DNA of 64,000 nucleotides, from IMG/VR virus record IMGVR_UViG_3300043436_000696, one strand, 5' to 3'. Below, in pieces: positions 38,102 to 46,640 of the stretch. The notes under the pieces are model-generated. The model did no database searches. It had not been told where the DNA came from and saw only the letters and a list, made by a program, of their open reading frames with translations. Within the stretch, counting starts at the first letter, position 1. Each line of letters starts with the position of its first letter. The position numbers and the translations under genes were made by a program. The stretch is from an uncultured virus (IMG/VR IMGVR_UViG_3300043436_000696). Taxonomy: Duplodnaviria; Heunggongvirae; Uroviricota; Caudoviricetes.

Positions 38102-38649
38102 TATATAAATTTTTTATAAAGTCCAGTGAATCTGCCACCCATATTTAGGTCTTTTCCACTTAACTCTTCGTCCTTAATTAACTCAATTGTATCAGCTAAC
38201 CCGTCCTCGGTTACCTGCATTCCTTTACGCACTATCTCATAAATAAGTGCTTCATTTCCAAATTTAGATTCTATAGATACCATTAAGACTTCCTTTTTAA
38301 TAGGCATATCTTTCCAATTTTCTAAAGGATCTTTGCTATTTTTATCAGCTGATCTAACCCATGCTTCGGATGCCCATACTACAGCTGTTGTATCAAAGTC
38401 TTTTTTTACAGTTTTAGCTATTTCTGGTATCATTCTAGTAATAAAAAACTCTTTACCTTCATCTGAATCAGCTATATCCTCAGGAATAGGAATATGTATG
38501 ATAGCATTCTTATTATCATCGTCATCTTGATGATTTATTGGCTCAGCAATAATACTAACATGAGAAAATATTCCACCTTCTTGTTGCATGTACTTTTTAA
38601 TGTTTTTAAGATAGCCTTCTTTTACTTCTATAAATTGTTCTTCAGTCAT
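38101..38649 (-). CDS. Hypothetical protein
   Basis: SEAWVR...KEVLMVSIES motif. Confidence 0.7.
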   Translation of the reverse strand: MTEEQFIEVKEGYLKNIKKYMQQEGGIFSHVSIIAEPINHQDDDDNKNAIIHIPIPEDIADSDEGKEFFITRMIPEIAKTVKKDFDTTAVVWASEAWVRSADKNSKDPLENWKDMPIKKEVLMVSIESKFGNEALIYEIVRKGMQVTEDGLADTIELIKDEELSGKDLNMGGRFTGLYKKFI

Positions 38650-38665
38650 AATAGTTTATTTACTT

Positions 38666-38884
38666 TCATACATGTATAGTTTTAGCTACAGTTTTCCAAC
38701 CTTCATAGTATTCCCAACCATCGTTGGCTTTTGTATATACTTGTTCTTCAATATACAATTCTAACCATATTTTGTGGTCAGTCATAGTTAGTTTACTAAG
38801 AGCTATTGTTGGTAACCAAGCAAACTTAGTTACAAATCTAACATCACCTACTTTGGGTGATTTGTCTGTTATTTCCCATTTCAT
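38666..38884 (-). CDS. Hypothetical protein
   Basis: KFAWLP...IWLE.Y motif. Confidence 0.6.
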   Translation of the reverse strand: MKWEITDKSPKVGDVRFVTKFAWLPTIALSKLTMTDHKIWLELYIEEQVYTKANDGWEYYEGWKTVAKTIHV

Positions 38885-38887
38885 GGT

Positions 38888-39175
38888 TTATAATTTAGCA
38901 TCTAAGAAATCTGCCATATCTCTCAATTGTTTGGCATGTCTTTTAGTTAGGATTAATTCATCCCAGTCTCCATATTTAGATCTATGTCCAAATATGTATT
39001 TGATTCCATGTATCAATCGTTTATACCATGGAGTCCAGTCTGTTAAATGCGTATGCATATAAATAATTTGTTCTTCCACATCGGGATAGAATATAATCTG
39101 ATGCTCACTGTTATGACAAGCACAGATAATTAATTTTGGGTCAATTGCCTCATTAGGTGTGTCGCTTATTATCAT
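38888..39175 (-). CDS. Hypothetical protein
   Basis: CAC...EH, WYKRL..GIKYIFG....GDWDE motif. Confidence 0.65.
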   Translation of the reverse strand: MIISDTPNEAIDPKLIICACHNSEHQIIFYPDVEEQIIYMHTHLTDWTPWYKRLIHGIKYIFGHRSKYGDWDELILTKRHAKQLRDMADFLDAKL

Positions 39176-39229
39176 ATAAGGTTGGTTTTAAAATAAAAAA
39201 GGCCTATGTATAAACATAGACCAGTTTAG

Positions 39230-39579
39230 TGGAGCCGAGGGGAGTTGAACCCCTGTCCAAACAAGCGTCAATAATACCATTCTTACATGCTTAGATCTGC
39301 AAGCTGATCAGTAGTTGGGATCGTCTGGGTGACTAATCTACCACCACTCTGTTTTATGACTACAGAGAAAACGCTTGTAACTTTCTGTTGCTAGGTTGTT
39401 ACCACCCCGTGGGTTAGGCAGCAATTGCTACTTCACCGAAGATAGAAGCTAAGATAGCTTCACCTTCTGCCACACGCTCAGATGTACTCTTTACGGTTAT
39501 TGTTTAGAACTTGTTTACCCGTTCCAGGGCTTGCATGTGATACTATCCCCATCATGTCTGTCAAAGCCAATACGGCCCC
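39230..39579 (-). ncRNA. ssrA: tmRNA
   Basis: 5' GGGGCCGTATTGGCTTTGAC and 3' GACAGGGGTTCAACTCCCCTCGGCTCCA form the acceptor stem with a G3.U wobble and a T-arm. Internal tag ORF 39494-39414 ends ...AIAA*. Terminator-like hairpin at about 39195-39222. Confidence 0.93.
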
Positions 39580-39739
39580 GTGCTATATAAAGATAAGTAA
39601 AATTTATTACTTTCTTCTTATTTCTTTATATAAATCATAGACTAATTTAGGTATTAGTATCATAAAAAATACAATAAATACACATATAGTGTACTCCATC
39701 CATACTGGTATATACTGCATAGCAATAAATTTTGATTAG

Positions 39740-39812
39740 ATATTCTTCTAGGACTTGCACCTAAGATCTTCTACTTAATCAGTAGGTGCTCTACTAGTTG
39801 AGCTAAAGAATA
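39740..39812 (-). tRNA. Degenerate tRNA-like element (anticodon loop TGATTAA; identity uncertain)
   Basis: TATTCTT/AAGAATA acceptor, GCTC/GAGC D-stem, CTAC/GTAG anticodon stem, TTAGG-TGCAAGT-CCTAG T-arm. Confidence 0.65.
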
Positions 39813-40372
39813 TGTTTTTCGTTGATTACTTTTACGGGTCAGAACTGGAAAGTTTTACCGACTGTTTATACTGCTTCTGCTACTCGGATAATATAAGTAG
39901 CTTCCAGACATAGAATTTCACCAACTGCTCCCAAGTATCCGGTTTTATCGTGGCTCTCTACAGTGCAATACTAAGAGGACATCTCACGTGGCCGGTTTTA
40001 TTGCCACTGACTTCAACTTGGTAATATTTTAAAAAAGGTCTATCTCAGGGTTCAATAGTTCTTATGGATCTATACTGTCCTGATCATGTTACTAAGTTGA
40101 TACACGCTTCGTTCATGGAGCTCCATCCTCATGACATGCTACTAAGTGTAAACGAACCCTTCACGGATACTGTCCTGATACTTATGGTTAATACGCTATG
40201 TATAGCTCCCAAGATCAGACCTCTTTGTTTTAACTATCATAGCTGACTTAGCCCGAAGGTCTTACAAGTCTTCTATAATCAGTCAATACATTAGCTGGGG
40301 CGTAGGACTTATTCATATAAACAGCGTACATGTACCCATTTATCTGTGCCTAGCCCACTGCTATCAAAGCTT

Positions 40373-40663
40373 TTATTTTAATAATTTTGTAAATGATGTT
40401 AGTCCATTACCACGAGTTGTCCTTATTATTATACCCTTACTCTCTAGACTATTCAATATTCTCTTAATAGTTGATTGGGATACTCCACATTCATCTGCCA
40501 TTTTATTTATACCAACATATGTTTGATTAGTTGAAGCGTCTGAATAAGTACAAAGGTAAGAGTACACTGCTTTCTCTTGTAGAGAAACTTTAGGATCTCT
40601 TATAATATTGTTACTAACTTGTCCAAAGCCGTTTTTTAATCTGTAGTTGATAAATTGTGACAT
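40373..40663 (-). CDS. Helix-turn-helix (HTH_36-like) protein
   Basis: D..VS...KAVYSYL...MADECGVSQSTIKRIL..LESKG.I. Confidence 0.8.
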   Translation of the reverse strand: MSQFINYRLKNGFGQVSNNIIRDPKVSLQEKAVYSYLCTYSDASTNQTYVGINKMADECGVSQSTIKRILNSLESKGIIIRTTRGNGLTSFTKLLK

Positions 40664-40731
40664 GTGTATATTTTGTATGCAGCAAATGTAATAAAGTGAG
40701 GGTAATTTCTACCCTCACATTTACTTATTTA

Positions 40732-41331
40732 CTAATCATCACCTTTAAGTATATCTCCTAATAATCCTTCTATGTCAAAGTCTGATTTAGTATCATTATT
40801 ACCTTGTAACATATTCATGTACTTACCAAAGTTATAATTAGACTTTTTTACATACTTTAAACGTTTCATCATACTTGAATGATTAACTGCAAAAGGACCT
40901 TTTTCTTCATCATCAAAGAATTCTTCATCAGACTCTTCTTTATCTTTCTCACGCTTTAATTCCATTATAGCTTCTATAATAGTATGTTTTAGCATAGCTT
41001 CTCTATCCTCAGGATCATTACTATTTCTCATTTTATATTCTGCTATAATAGATTTAGTAAGTCTCTGATACATAGTAAAAGATAGCAATGCGTACTCATA
41101 TTCTTGCTGTGAATCAATCATTTGTAAACATTTTTCTAGATCACCTGTTACCGTGCATAACGATCTTGGTGCATCATTTATGTCTTCAAATAGATCCATT
41201 GCTTGTAATGCATTAGAAAATGATGAGAAGAATATCTTTTCTCTAACAATATTCTTTATATCATCAGTCACGTTAAGAGCTCTATGAAACATCTCCTCTT
41301 CGTGATTAAATCCTTGTTGTTTAAATAACAT
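40732..41331 (-). CDS. Hypothetical protein
   Basis: 199-aa ORF; GTGAGGGTA/TACCCTCAC hairpin downstream. Confidence 0.7.
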   Translation of the reverse strand: MLFKQQGFNHEEEMFHRALNVTDDIKNIVREKIFFSSFSNALQAMDLFEDINDAPRSLCTVTGDLEKCLQMIDSQQEYEYALLSFTMYQRLTKSIIAEYKMRNSNDPEDREAMLKHTIIEAIMELKREKDKEESDEEFFDDEEKGPFAVNHSSMMKRLKYVKKSNYNFGKYMNMLQGNNDTKSDFDIEGLLGDILKGDD

Positions 41332-41342
41332 ACAGTTAACTT

Positions 41343-41690
41343 TTATTTATTTAGAATGTATATGTTATTGTTTTGGTCAACAACAACTCTAGAATTTGCA
41401 TTCTTATGAATCTGTACAGAGAAATCTTGGAAGTATACAGTTCTAAAATCATTAGCTGTTGTAGCAACTTGTTTTGGTTGAGCTACAGCAACTGGTTTAG
41501 ACTTAGCTAATTTAGCTGTTTTATACTTTCTTTTAGGCAAAACACCTGTCTTTCTTAAATAGTACACTGTGTAGTATAACTCACGTCTATTTGGAAAGCC
41601 GTATTTAGTTACTAATTCATTAGTTTTAACGCCTGCTTTGATGTCAGCAACAAATGCTGTTTGTACACCTTTAATTAATTTTTTACTCAC
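41343..41690 (-). CDS. Basic hypothetical protein, possibly DNA-binding
   Basis: GTG start, HTH-like N-terminal half. Confidence 0.6.
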   Translation of the reverse strand: MSKKLIKGVQTAFVADIKAGVKTNELVTKYGFPNRRELYYTVYYLRKTGVLPKRKYKTAKLAKSKPVAVAQPKQVATTANDFRTVYFQDFSVQIHKNANSRVVVDQNNNIYILNK

Positions 41691-41710
41691 GGTAAATTGT
41701 TTTTAGATTG

Positions 41711-42109
41711 TTATTTAGATAATTTGTCAGCAATATATTTAATAAACTCTTCTGGAGTTTGATTGCCATCAGCCATATAATCCTCTATTAAGACCATATC
41801 TTTGATACTTTCTACTGAGAATGCAGAACGATAGTTAACAGATACATGAGGCTTAGAATGATAGGCAGATACACCTACATCAGACATTTTTGTAGAGAAG
41901 GTTTCCTCTATTTCTCTTCTAAGAGATTGTTTTTTGTTTTCAAGCTCTTCAATCTTAGTGATTGTTAATAATAACTCTTTATAAAGTTTAGAAGCTTCCA
42001 CTTTTTTGGTAAGGGTTTCAGTGCTTCCTTTGTGACGAGCTACTAATTCAGCTCTTACTTTCTCTGCTAATGCTTTGGCAATAACAGGTGTCATTTTCTT
42101 TTGTGACAT
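41711..42109 (-). CDS. Hypothetical coiled-coil protein
   Basis: 132-aa ORF with AAACCAATC leader. Confidence 0.65.
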   Translation of the reverse strand: MSQKKMTPVIAKALAEKVRAELVARHKGSTETLTKKVEASKLYKELLLTITKIEELENKKQSLRREIEETFSTKMSDVGVSAYHSKPHVSVNYRSAFSVESIKDMVLIEDYMADGNQTPEEFIKYIADKLSK

Positions 42110-42116
42110 GATTGGT

Positions 42117-42614
42117 TTATTTAATAGTTCTTAATAAAAGAATTTGTTGTCTTTTAAGATCAATAAGATCTTGTGGTATATCTGTATTAGATATGTTAAA
42201 CTCTTTACGCATAGAATGTGGAAATATAAGCTTACGTACATAACAACCTGCAAGATTTTCTATCCTACGTTGTGATTTTGTACGAGATCGTTTTTTATCA
42301 CGTTGTTTATATTTGAGTCTTTTAGCAACAACTTTACAACTAGGACACAATGTTCCTCTTCTTATTGTATGATTATCACATTTTATACAAGTAGGTTTAC
42401 CTTGTTGTATTTCTATATGTAAGCGTCTATGATTTAACTCTGCCATTTTCTGCATTTCTGCAGTTGGATAGTAATAAACGGAAAAAGAACGACCTGTTGA
42501 GTTACTACATATTCTACATTTACTACGATACTTATTATTATTACCACCTTTCTTATGAAACATGGCTAATTCATGATTAATCCCACATTGTTTGCATATT
42601 TTATGGGTTCTCAT
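42117..42614 (-). CDS. Double zinc-finger protein
   Basis: CKQC...CRIC and CIKC...CPSC; C-terminal IPQDLIDLKR. Confidence 0.7.
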   Translation of the reverse strand: MRTHKICKQCGINHELAMFHKKGGNNNKYRSKCRICSNSTGRSFSVYYYPTAEMQKMAELNHRRLHIEIQQGKPTCIKCDNHTIRRGTLCPSCKVVAKRLKYKQRDKKRSRTKSQRRIENLAGCYVRKLIFPHSMRKEFNISNTDIPQDLIDLKRQQILLLRTIK

Positions 42615-42622
42615 ACGTAGTT

Positions 42623-42835
42623 CTACTTTAAGAAGTCTATATCAATAGGTGTTCCTGTTAGTTTTTTATAAACTAACTGTGTTTTGGCAGCATTAATAGC
42701 TGTACCATATGCAGATACAGCACCTTGTGCCACTTTTAGATCTGCTGTTTTGTCAAAGTTATCTTTTAGTTTATCACCAATGCTTTGACACTGTTCTCTA
42801 ACATCATTGATGTCTACTGTTTTAGTTTTTGCCAT
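42623..42835 (-). CDS. Hypothetical protein
   Basis: 70-aa ORF. Confidence 0.65.
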   Translation of the reverse strand: MAKTKTVDINDVREQCQSIGDKLKDNFDKTADLKVAQGAVSAYGTAINAAKTQLVYKKLTGTPIDIDFLK

Positions 42836-43127
42836 AAAATGGGTTTATTTTTAGTAAATAATTAAGTTAAAAAATAATCAGCTTGACGTACTGATTATGA
42901 TTGGAGTTTCTTACTTCTAAGCAGCTATGCTGTTAGTCTCAGTATTGTATAATTACTAGCCTTCAGTTAACTTACATGAAGTTAATCAATGTAACCCCCA
43001 GCTTTCATCACCCCCGTCACGGTAGTCTCTATCAACTACAGCAGCTCATGGTTGATCAGTATCCTAGTTCAGAGGTTCGGGTAAGAGCGTACCCATGCTA
43101 ACCTGTTGTTAGCCTCACCGAGTTTAA

Positions 43128-43355
43128 TTAGAATGATTTAATGCTATGTAGATCAACATACTTAACTATGTTACCCATTCTAACTTGGACATTGGTTGAT
43201 TGTCTATCAGACAATATGCCCACATTATGATTTTTGAACCAATCAGTCATACTTGGCCTGCTTGCAGGTGTATATGTAGAGAATGATAGTTCAGATGGTA
43301 CAGAGAGCTTGTTAGGCTCTCTTATACCAAATAATACTTCTAATGCTTTTTTCAT
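43128..43355 (-). CDS. Hypothetical protein
   Basis: 75-aa ORF. Confidence 0.55.
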   Translation of the reverse strand: MKKALEVLFGIREPNKLSVPSELSFSTYTPASRPSMTDWFKNHNVGILSDRQSTNVQVRMGNIVKYVDLHSIKSF

Positions 43356-43366
43356 GCGTTATGATT

Positions 43367-43837
43367 TTAAGCGTTTTCAATTAGTTCAAGATGTTTAAGA
43401 GCATCTCTATAACTACTGTCCCAGATTCTATAACCTTTGATAATCCACATAGATTTACCTGTAACAGTATCTATTTCATCAGGAGCTGGGTCCAATGAGT
43501 TCAGATTACTAGGAGGTGTACCCCATTCTGATTCAGGATTAAGTGTACATATTTGTACATCTACGAAGCCAGTAGTTACCCATTTGTCTGTTGGAAATAC
43601 AATGTTATTCGTTGTTAGGAACTCTAACATTCCTTCGTTCTCTGAATAATCTTTAACTATTACCTCGTTGTCTAGTAATAAGACATCAGGTAAGTTAATA
43701 GAAGCAACGGCATATGGCTCGTTGTCAACTGTGTCTAAAAGACAAATTCTAGTTCTACCGTTAGCATACTTATCTAGTTTAACGCTAACGAGAGTTGATC
43801 TCTCGTCCCAAGGGGCACTGATTGAGAATGTTTTCAT
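43367..43837 (-). CDS. DUF4313-like protein
   Basis: Y.NG...I.L....EPYAVASINL...VKDYSENEGMLEFL...GFV. Confidence 0.65.
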   Translation of the reverse strand: MKTFSISAPWDERSTLVSVKLDKYANGRTRICLLDTVDNEPYAVASINLPDVLLLDNEVIVKDYSENEGMLEFLTTNNIVFPTDKWVTTGFVDVQICTLNPESEWGTPPSNLNSLDPAPDEIDTVTGKSMWIIKGYRIWDSSYRDALKHLELIENA

Positions 43838-43855
43838 GTTAAATGAATTAATGGA

Positions 43856-44017
43856 TTAGAAAATGTTGTCTCTTTTTTTCTTTTTAACGTTTATTTCTAT
43901 GATAAACGGACCAAAAGCCATGAATATGTCTTCTCCATCATAAGCTGAGCCTATGAGTAGGGCATTGGTCATTAGCCCTAGTTTGAATCTTTTGTAGCGG
44001 ATAAGCGTCTTTTCCAT
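43856..44017 (-). CDS. Small hypothetical protein (53 aa)
   Basis: Hand-translated MEKTLIRYKRFKLG...RDNIF. Confidence 0.55.
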   Translation of the reverse strand: MEKTLIRYKRFKLGLMTNALLIGSAYDGEDIFMAFGPFIIEINVKKKKRDNIF

Positions 44018-44045
44018 GTGAGGAATTGTTTTGTGGGTTTGTAAA

Positions 44046-44222
44046 TTAGTTTCTCCATAGGTTAACTCTACCTACAACGCATCTATATTGTTTTGGTGCT
44101 TTGTACTTTTTGTAGGGATTATGAGAATAATGAAGGGTTGAGCAAGATGATAGGAACATGATTACTACTATAACAGCAGCAAACCATAGTAATACTTGTA
44201 AAACGTAATCTGGCTTTTTCAT
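44046..44222 (-). CDS. Small lipoprotein (58 aa)
   Basis: Hand-translated MKKPDYVLQVLLWFAAVIVVIMFLSSC...; lipobox LSSC. Confidence 0.6.
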   Translation of the reverse strand: MKKPDYVLQVLLWFAAVIVVIMFLSSCSTLHYSHNPYKKYKAPKQYRCVVGRVNLWRN

Positions 44223-44307
44223 ATATAAATGAATTGGTTAATGAATAAGGTATGTGTGGCACCCATTGACATATCGTCTCCGGGTCACCATCCACATAAT
44301 TTCTTTG

Positions 44308-44457
44308 TTAGTAGCTAATAGATACAGCTACATAAGGACTGGTCCTAAATCTCTTTAAGAACTCTAGACGTAGAGAGATAAATCTCTTTGCCATCTTCAT
44401 GTACCATTCCGTGAAGGATTGATAGGTACGAAACACTAGGTTTTTAATTCTTTTCAT
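44308..44457 (-). CDS. Small basic hypothetical protein (49 aa)
   Basis: Hand-translated MKRIKNLVFRTYQSF... Confidence 0.4.
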   Translation of the reverse strand: MKRIKNLVFRTYQSFTEWYMKMAKRFISLRLEFLKRFRTSPYVAVSISY

Positions 44458-44855
44458 GTGTGATGTTGTATTGGTGAATGTATAAATAGTGAGGGCTCAT
44501 GTATGAGCTACTATCATAGTATTAATATATTAACTATACTATGATTAGGGCTCACTGGTGAGCTGTCAGAAAGTTTAGAGTGCCCACATAGAAATGCAGG
44601 CACTTTGGGTTTGTCCGCCCTATGAAATATATTATAGCCATATTATCCGCAGGTAAGTGGCTGATTTAGAGCTACTTGAATACATGATAAAAATGGGGAG
44701 TGTGTTCCTATCTCACACATCTTTACACACATCTGATTGAAAATCAGGGAGTTAGTGTGGGTGAGTCCCGCTGAAAGCGGGCAGATAGTTAGAAACTATG
44801 CCGTCAGAGACGGTGCCTTGGGAAGGCAGCTCTCGTGGAGAGCCATTATATATAG

Positions 44856-44890
44856 AAAAAAAAATCCTACACCGGATTAGGGTGTAGGAT
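44856..44890 (-). terminator. Rho-independent terminator
   Basis: ATCCTACACC-ctaatcc-GGTGTAGGAT followed by a T run on the minus strand. Confidence 0.8.
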
Positions 44891-44899
44891 AAGTCTAGG

Positions 44900-45229
44900 C
44901 TATTCAGCACTAGACGCAGTAGCCTTCTGCATAAGCACGAGCTTTGCAACGTCTGGGCCAAACTGCTCTACTAATGATTGTAGTTTGGACAGTTCAGTAT
45001 CATCAGCAACAACTTGGTTGTTAGAAGTGATGATTAAGTTAACGGAGTCTCCCGTATAACGAGTGGTGAACCACAATGGTTTACCGGTGTTTTCGTCTAA
45101 ACGGAAACTGTCACCTTGGGCTTCTTCATAAGCTTTAAGGTCTTGTTCATTACCACTAACGGTAAATCTAAATACTTTGGTACCGGTGTTTGCTTTACGG
45201 TAAGAACCGTTTAATTTAGCTGTTAACAT
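44900..45229 (-). CDS. Hypothetical early protein
   Basis: Start adjusted to MLTAK; ACCCCTGA motif upstream and terminator downstream. Confidence 0.7.
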   Translation of the reverse strand: MLTAKLNGSYRKANTGTKVFRFTVSGNEQDLKAYEEAQGDSFRLDENTGKPLWFTTRYTGDSVNLIITSNNQVVADDTELSKLQSLVEQFGPDVAKLVLMQKATASSAE

Positions 45230-45692
45230 GTTTAACTTGTTTAAAATTATATAATATAATACCAACTTTCAATCAGGGGTTAAAGAGAGCATAATAACAG
45301 CCGAAGGCTGCGTAGTATGTCTATGCAGGTGGTAAAAGAAGCAAGACGGTTAAGCCTTGCTTCTTAATGCTCATTTGGGGGTAATGAGACTTTATTGGGT
45401 AGTTATTTACTAACTATATGTAAGTCAGGGGTTAATGAGAGGGTGAGTATTCTGCGTTAGCAGAGACAGCCGCAGGCTGCTAGAAAGTAAAAGAAACAGG
45501 AGAAATAATAAACTCCTGTTTCTGTATACTGTGCAATACATCCTTTTTTAAGACCTGAGTTTATTAAACTCTCAGTAGGTAGATGGTTGGGTCATGACTC
45601 CCACTGATTGCGGCTTGGGACTTTCGTCTATTTAAAATCAGGGGTTATTAGACAAAAAAATAAAAGAGAAGCTGTTAAGCTTCCCTTAAATG

Positions 45693-45941
45693 TTACTTGT
45701 TGTGTATTCTACACGTAGTGCTGTCCTTACCAACAGTCATCATGCACGGCTTACCTGCCTTTGTCTTGGCAGAGCAATGTACTCTGTTAGGATTGTGGGC
45801 ATTACAGTAGCCTGTCTTTGAGTCTACGATAATAGACTTACATGGCTTACCTGCTTTTGTGGTCCCTTTACAAGGAGTTGTGCCAGCGTAGCTGCTAATA
45901 GACAATGTAATAACTGTCAAGAGTAATAATAAATGTTTCAT
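45693..45941 (-). CDS. Secreted protein with two CX3TKAGKPC...CXXH repeats
   Basis: Signal peptide (SYA/G); CKGTTKAGKPC...CNAH and CSAKTKAGKPC...CRIH. Confidence 0.75.
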   Translation of the reverse strand: MKHLLLLLTVITLSISSYAGTTPCKGTTKAGKPCKSIIVDSKTGYCNAHNPNRVHCSAKTKAGKPCMMTVGKDSTTCRIHNK

Positions 45942-46022
45942 ATAATTATATTTTAATATAATATCAGGGGTAATACTCTACAAAATATAGCAGACTGCTT
46001 GTTAGGCAATCTGCTATATGTA

Positions 46023-46334
46023 TTACAGGCATATGTAATCCGGTACTTCTTTGGCGTACTTTTTGGTTACACGCTCATGCATAATAGAGGCAAGTATGTC
46101 GTTAAGTAGCTCTCTATACATGTTATGCACTATGTAATCAGTAGTGGTCCAACTAATAGCAACGCAGTTATTCTTATGGTTGCTAATAATTACAGGGTGT
46201 TGTGCCACAGCGGAGTTCCACATTCTCTCAAATGTGGTGCTGTCTGCTTTAACACGGATTTTACCACTGTAAACGGTAACTGTGCCAATAGTGAAGTAGT
46301 TGTAGCCGTAAGGCTGTTTAATTTGGTTACGCAT
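46023..46334 (-). CDS. Hypothetical early protein
   Basis: Motif 23 nt upstream; hairpin at 45985-46019 downstream. Confidence 0.7.
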   Translation of the reverse strand: MRNQIKQPYGYNYFTIGTVTVYSGKIRVKADSTTFERMWNSAVAQHPVIISNHKNNCVAISWTTTDYIVHNMYRELLNDILASIMHERVTKKYAKEVPDYICL

Positions 46335-46400
46335 AATAAATTATTTTATTATGTAATCAGGGGTATATTCTACGTAAGTTAGAAAAAAATAACCAACCCA

Positions 46401-46640
46401 CTATTTAGTAGGTTGATTACGTAATAAGTCAAGCTTGTTTTGTAGTTCAGCCAAGTTTCTACTTGGTGCTACATACTCTGCTTCAAAGATGATATGCCCA
46501 GACTTGGTAGTAAAGTGTGAGCCGTATTCAGCTATCTCTGCTTTAAGGAACTTTTCCTTAGTAAAGCGTAGCTTGATACATACTGTATTACCTTCAAATC
46601 TGATACCAAATGGTTTCTTGTTTACATTCATGTTAGTCAT
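46401..46640 (-). CDS. Hypothetical early protein
   Basis: Start adjusted to MTNMN to fit the 22-nt motif spacing. Confidence 0.7.
   Translation of the reverse strand: MTNMNVNKKPFGIRFEGNTVCIKLRFTKEKFLKAEIAEYGSHFTTKSGHIIFEAEYVAPSRNLAELQNKLDLLRNQPTK

Noticed and set aside
40064..40246. 60-aa plus-strand ORF
   Set aside because: Antisense to the local transcription direction, with no A-rich leader, and within a repeat-containing probable ncRNA.
45545..45632. Hammerhead ribozyme (GACGAAA...GTC...CTGAGA on the minus strand)
   Set aside because: Stem I cannot be formed next to the CUGA core, the core lacks N7, and a G-G mismatch sits at the base of stem III. Kept only as a generic ncRNA candidate.
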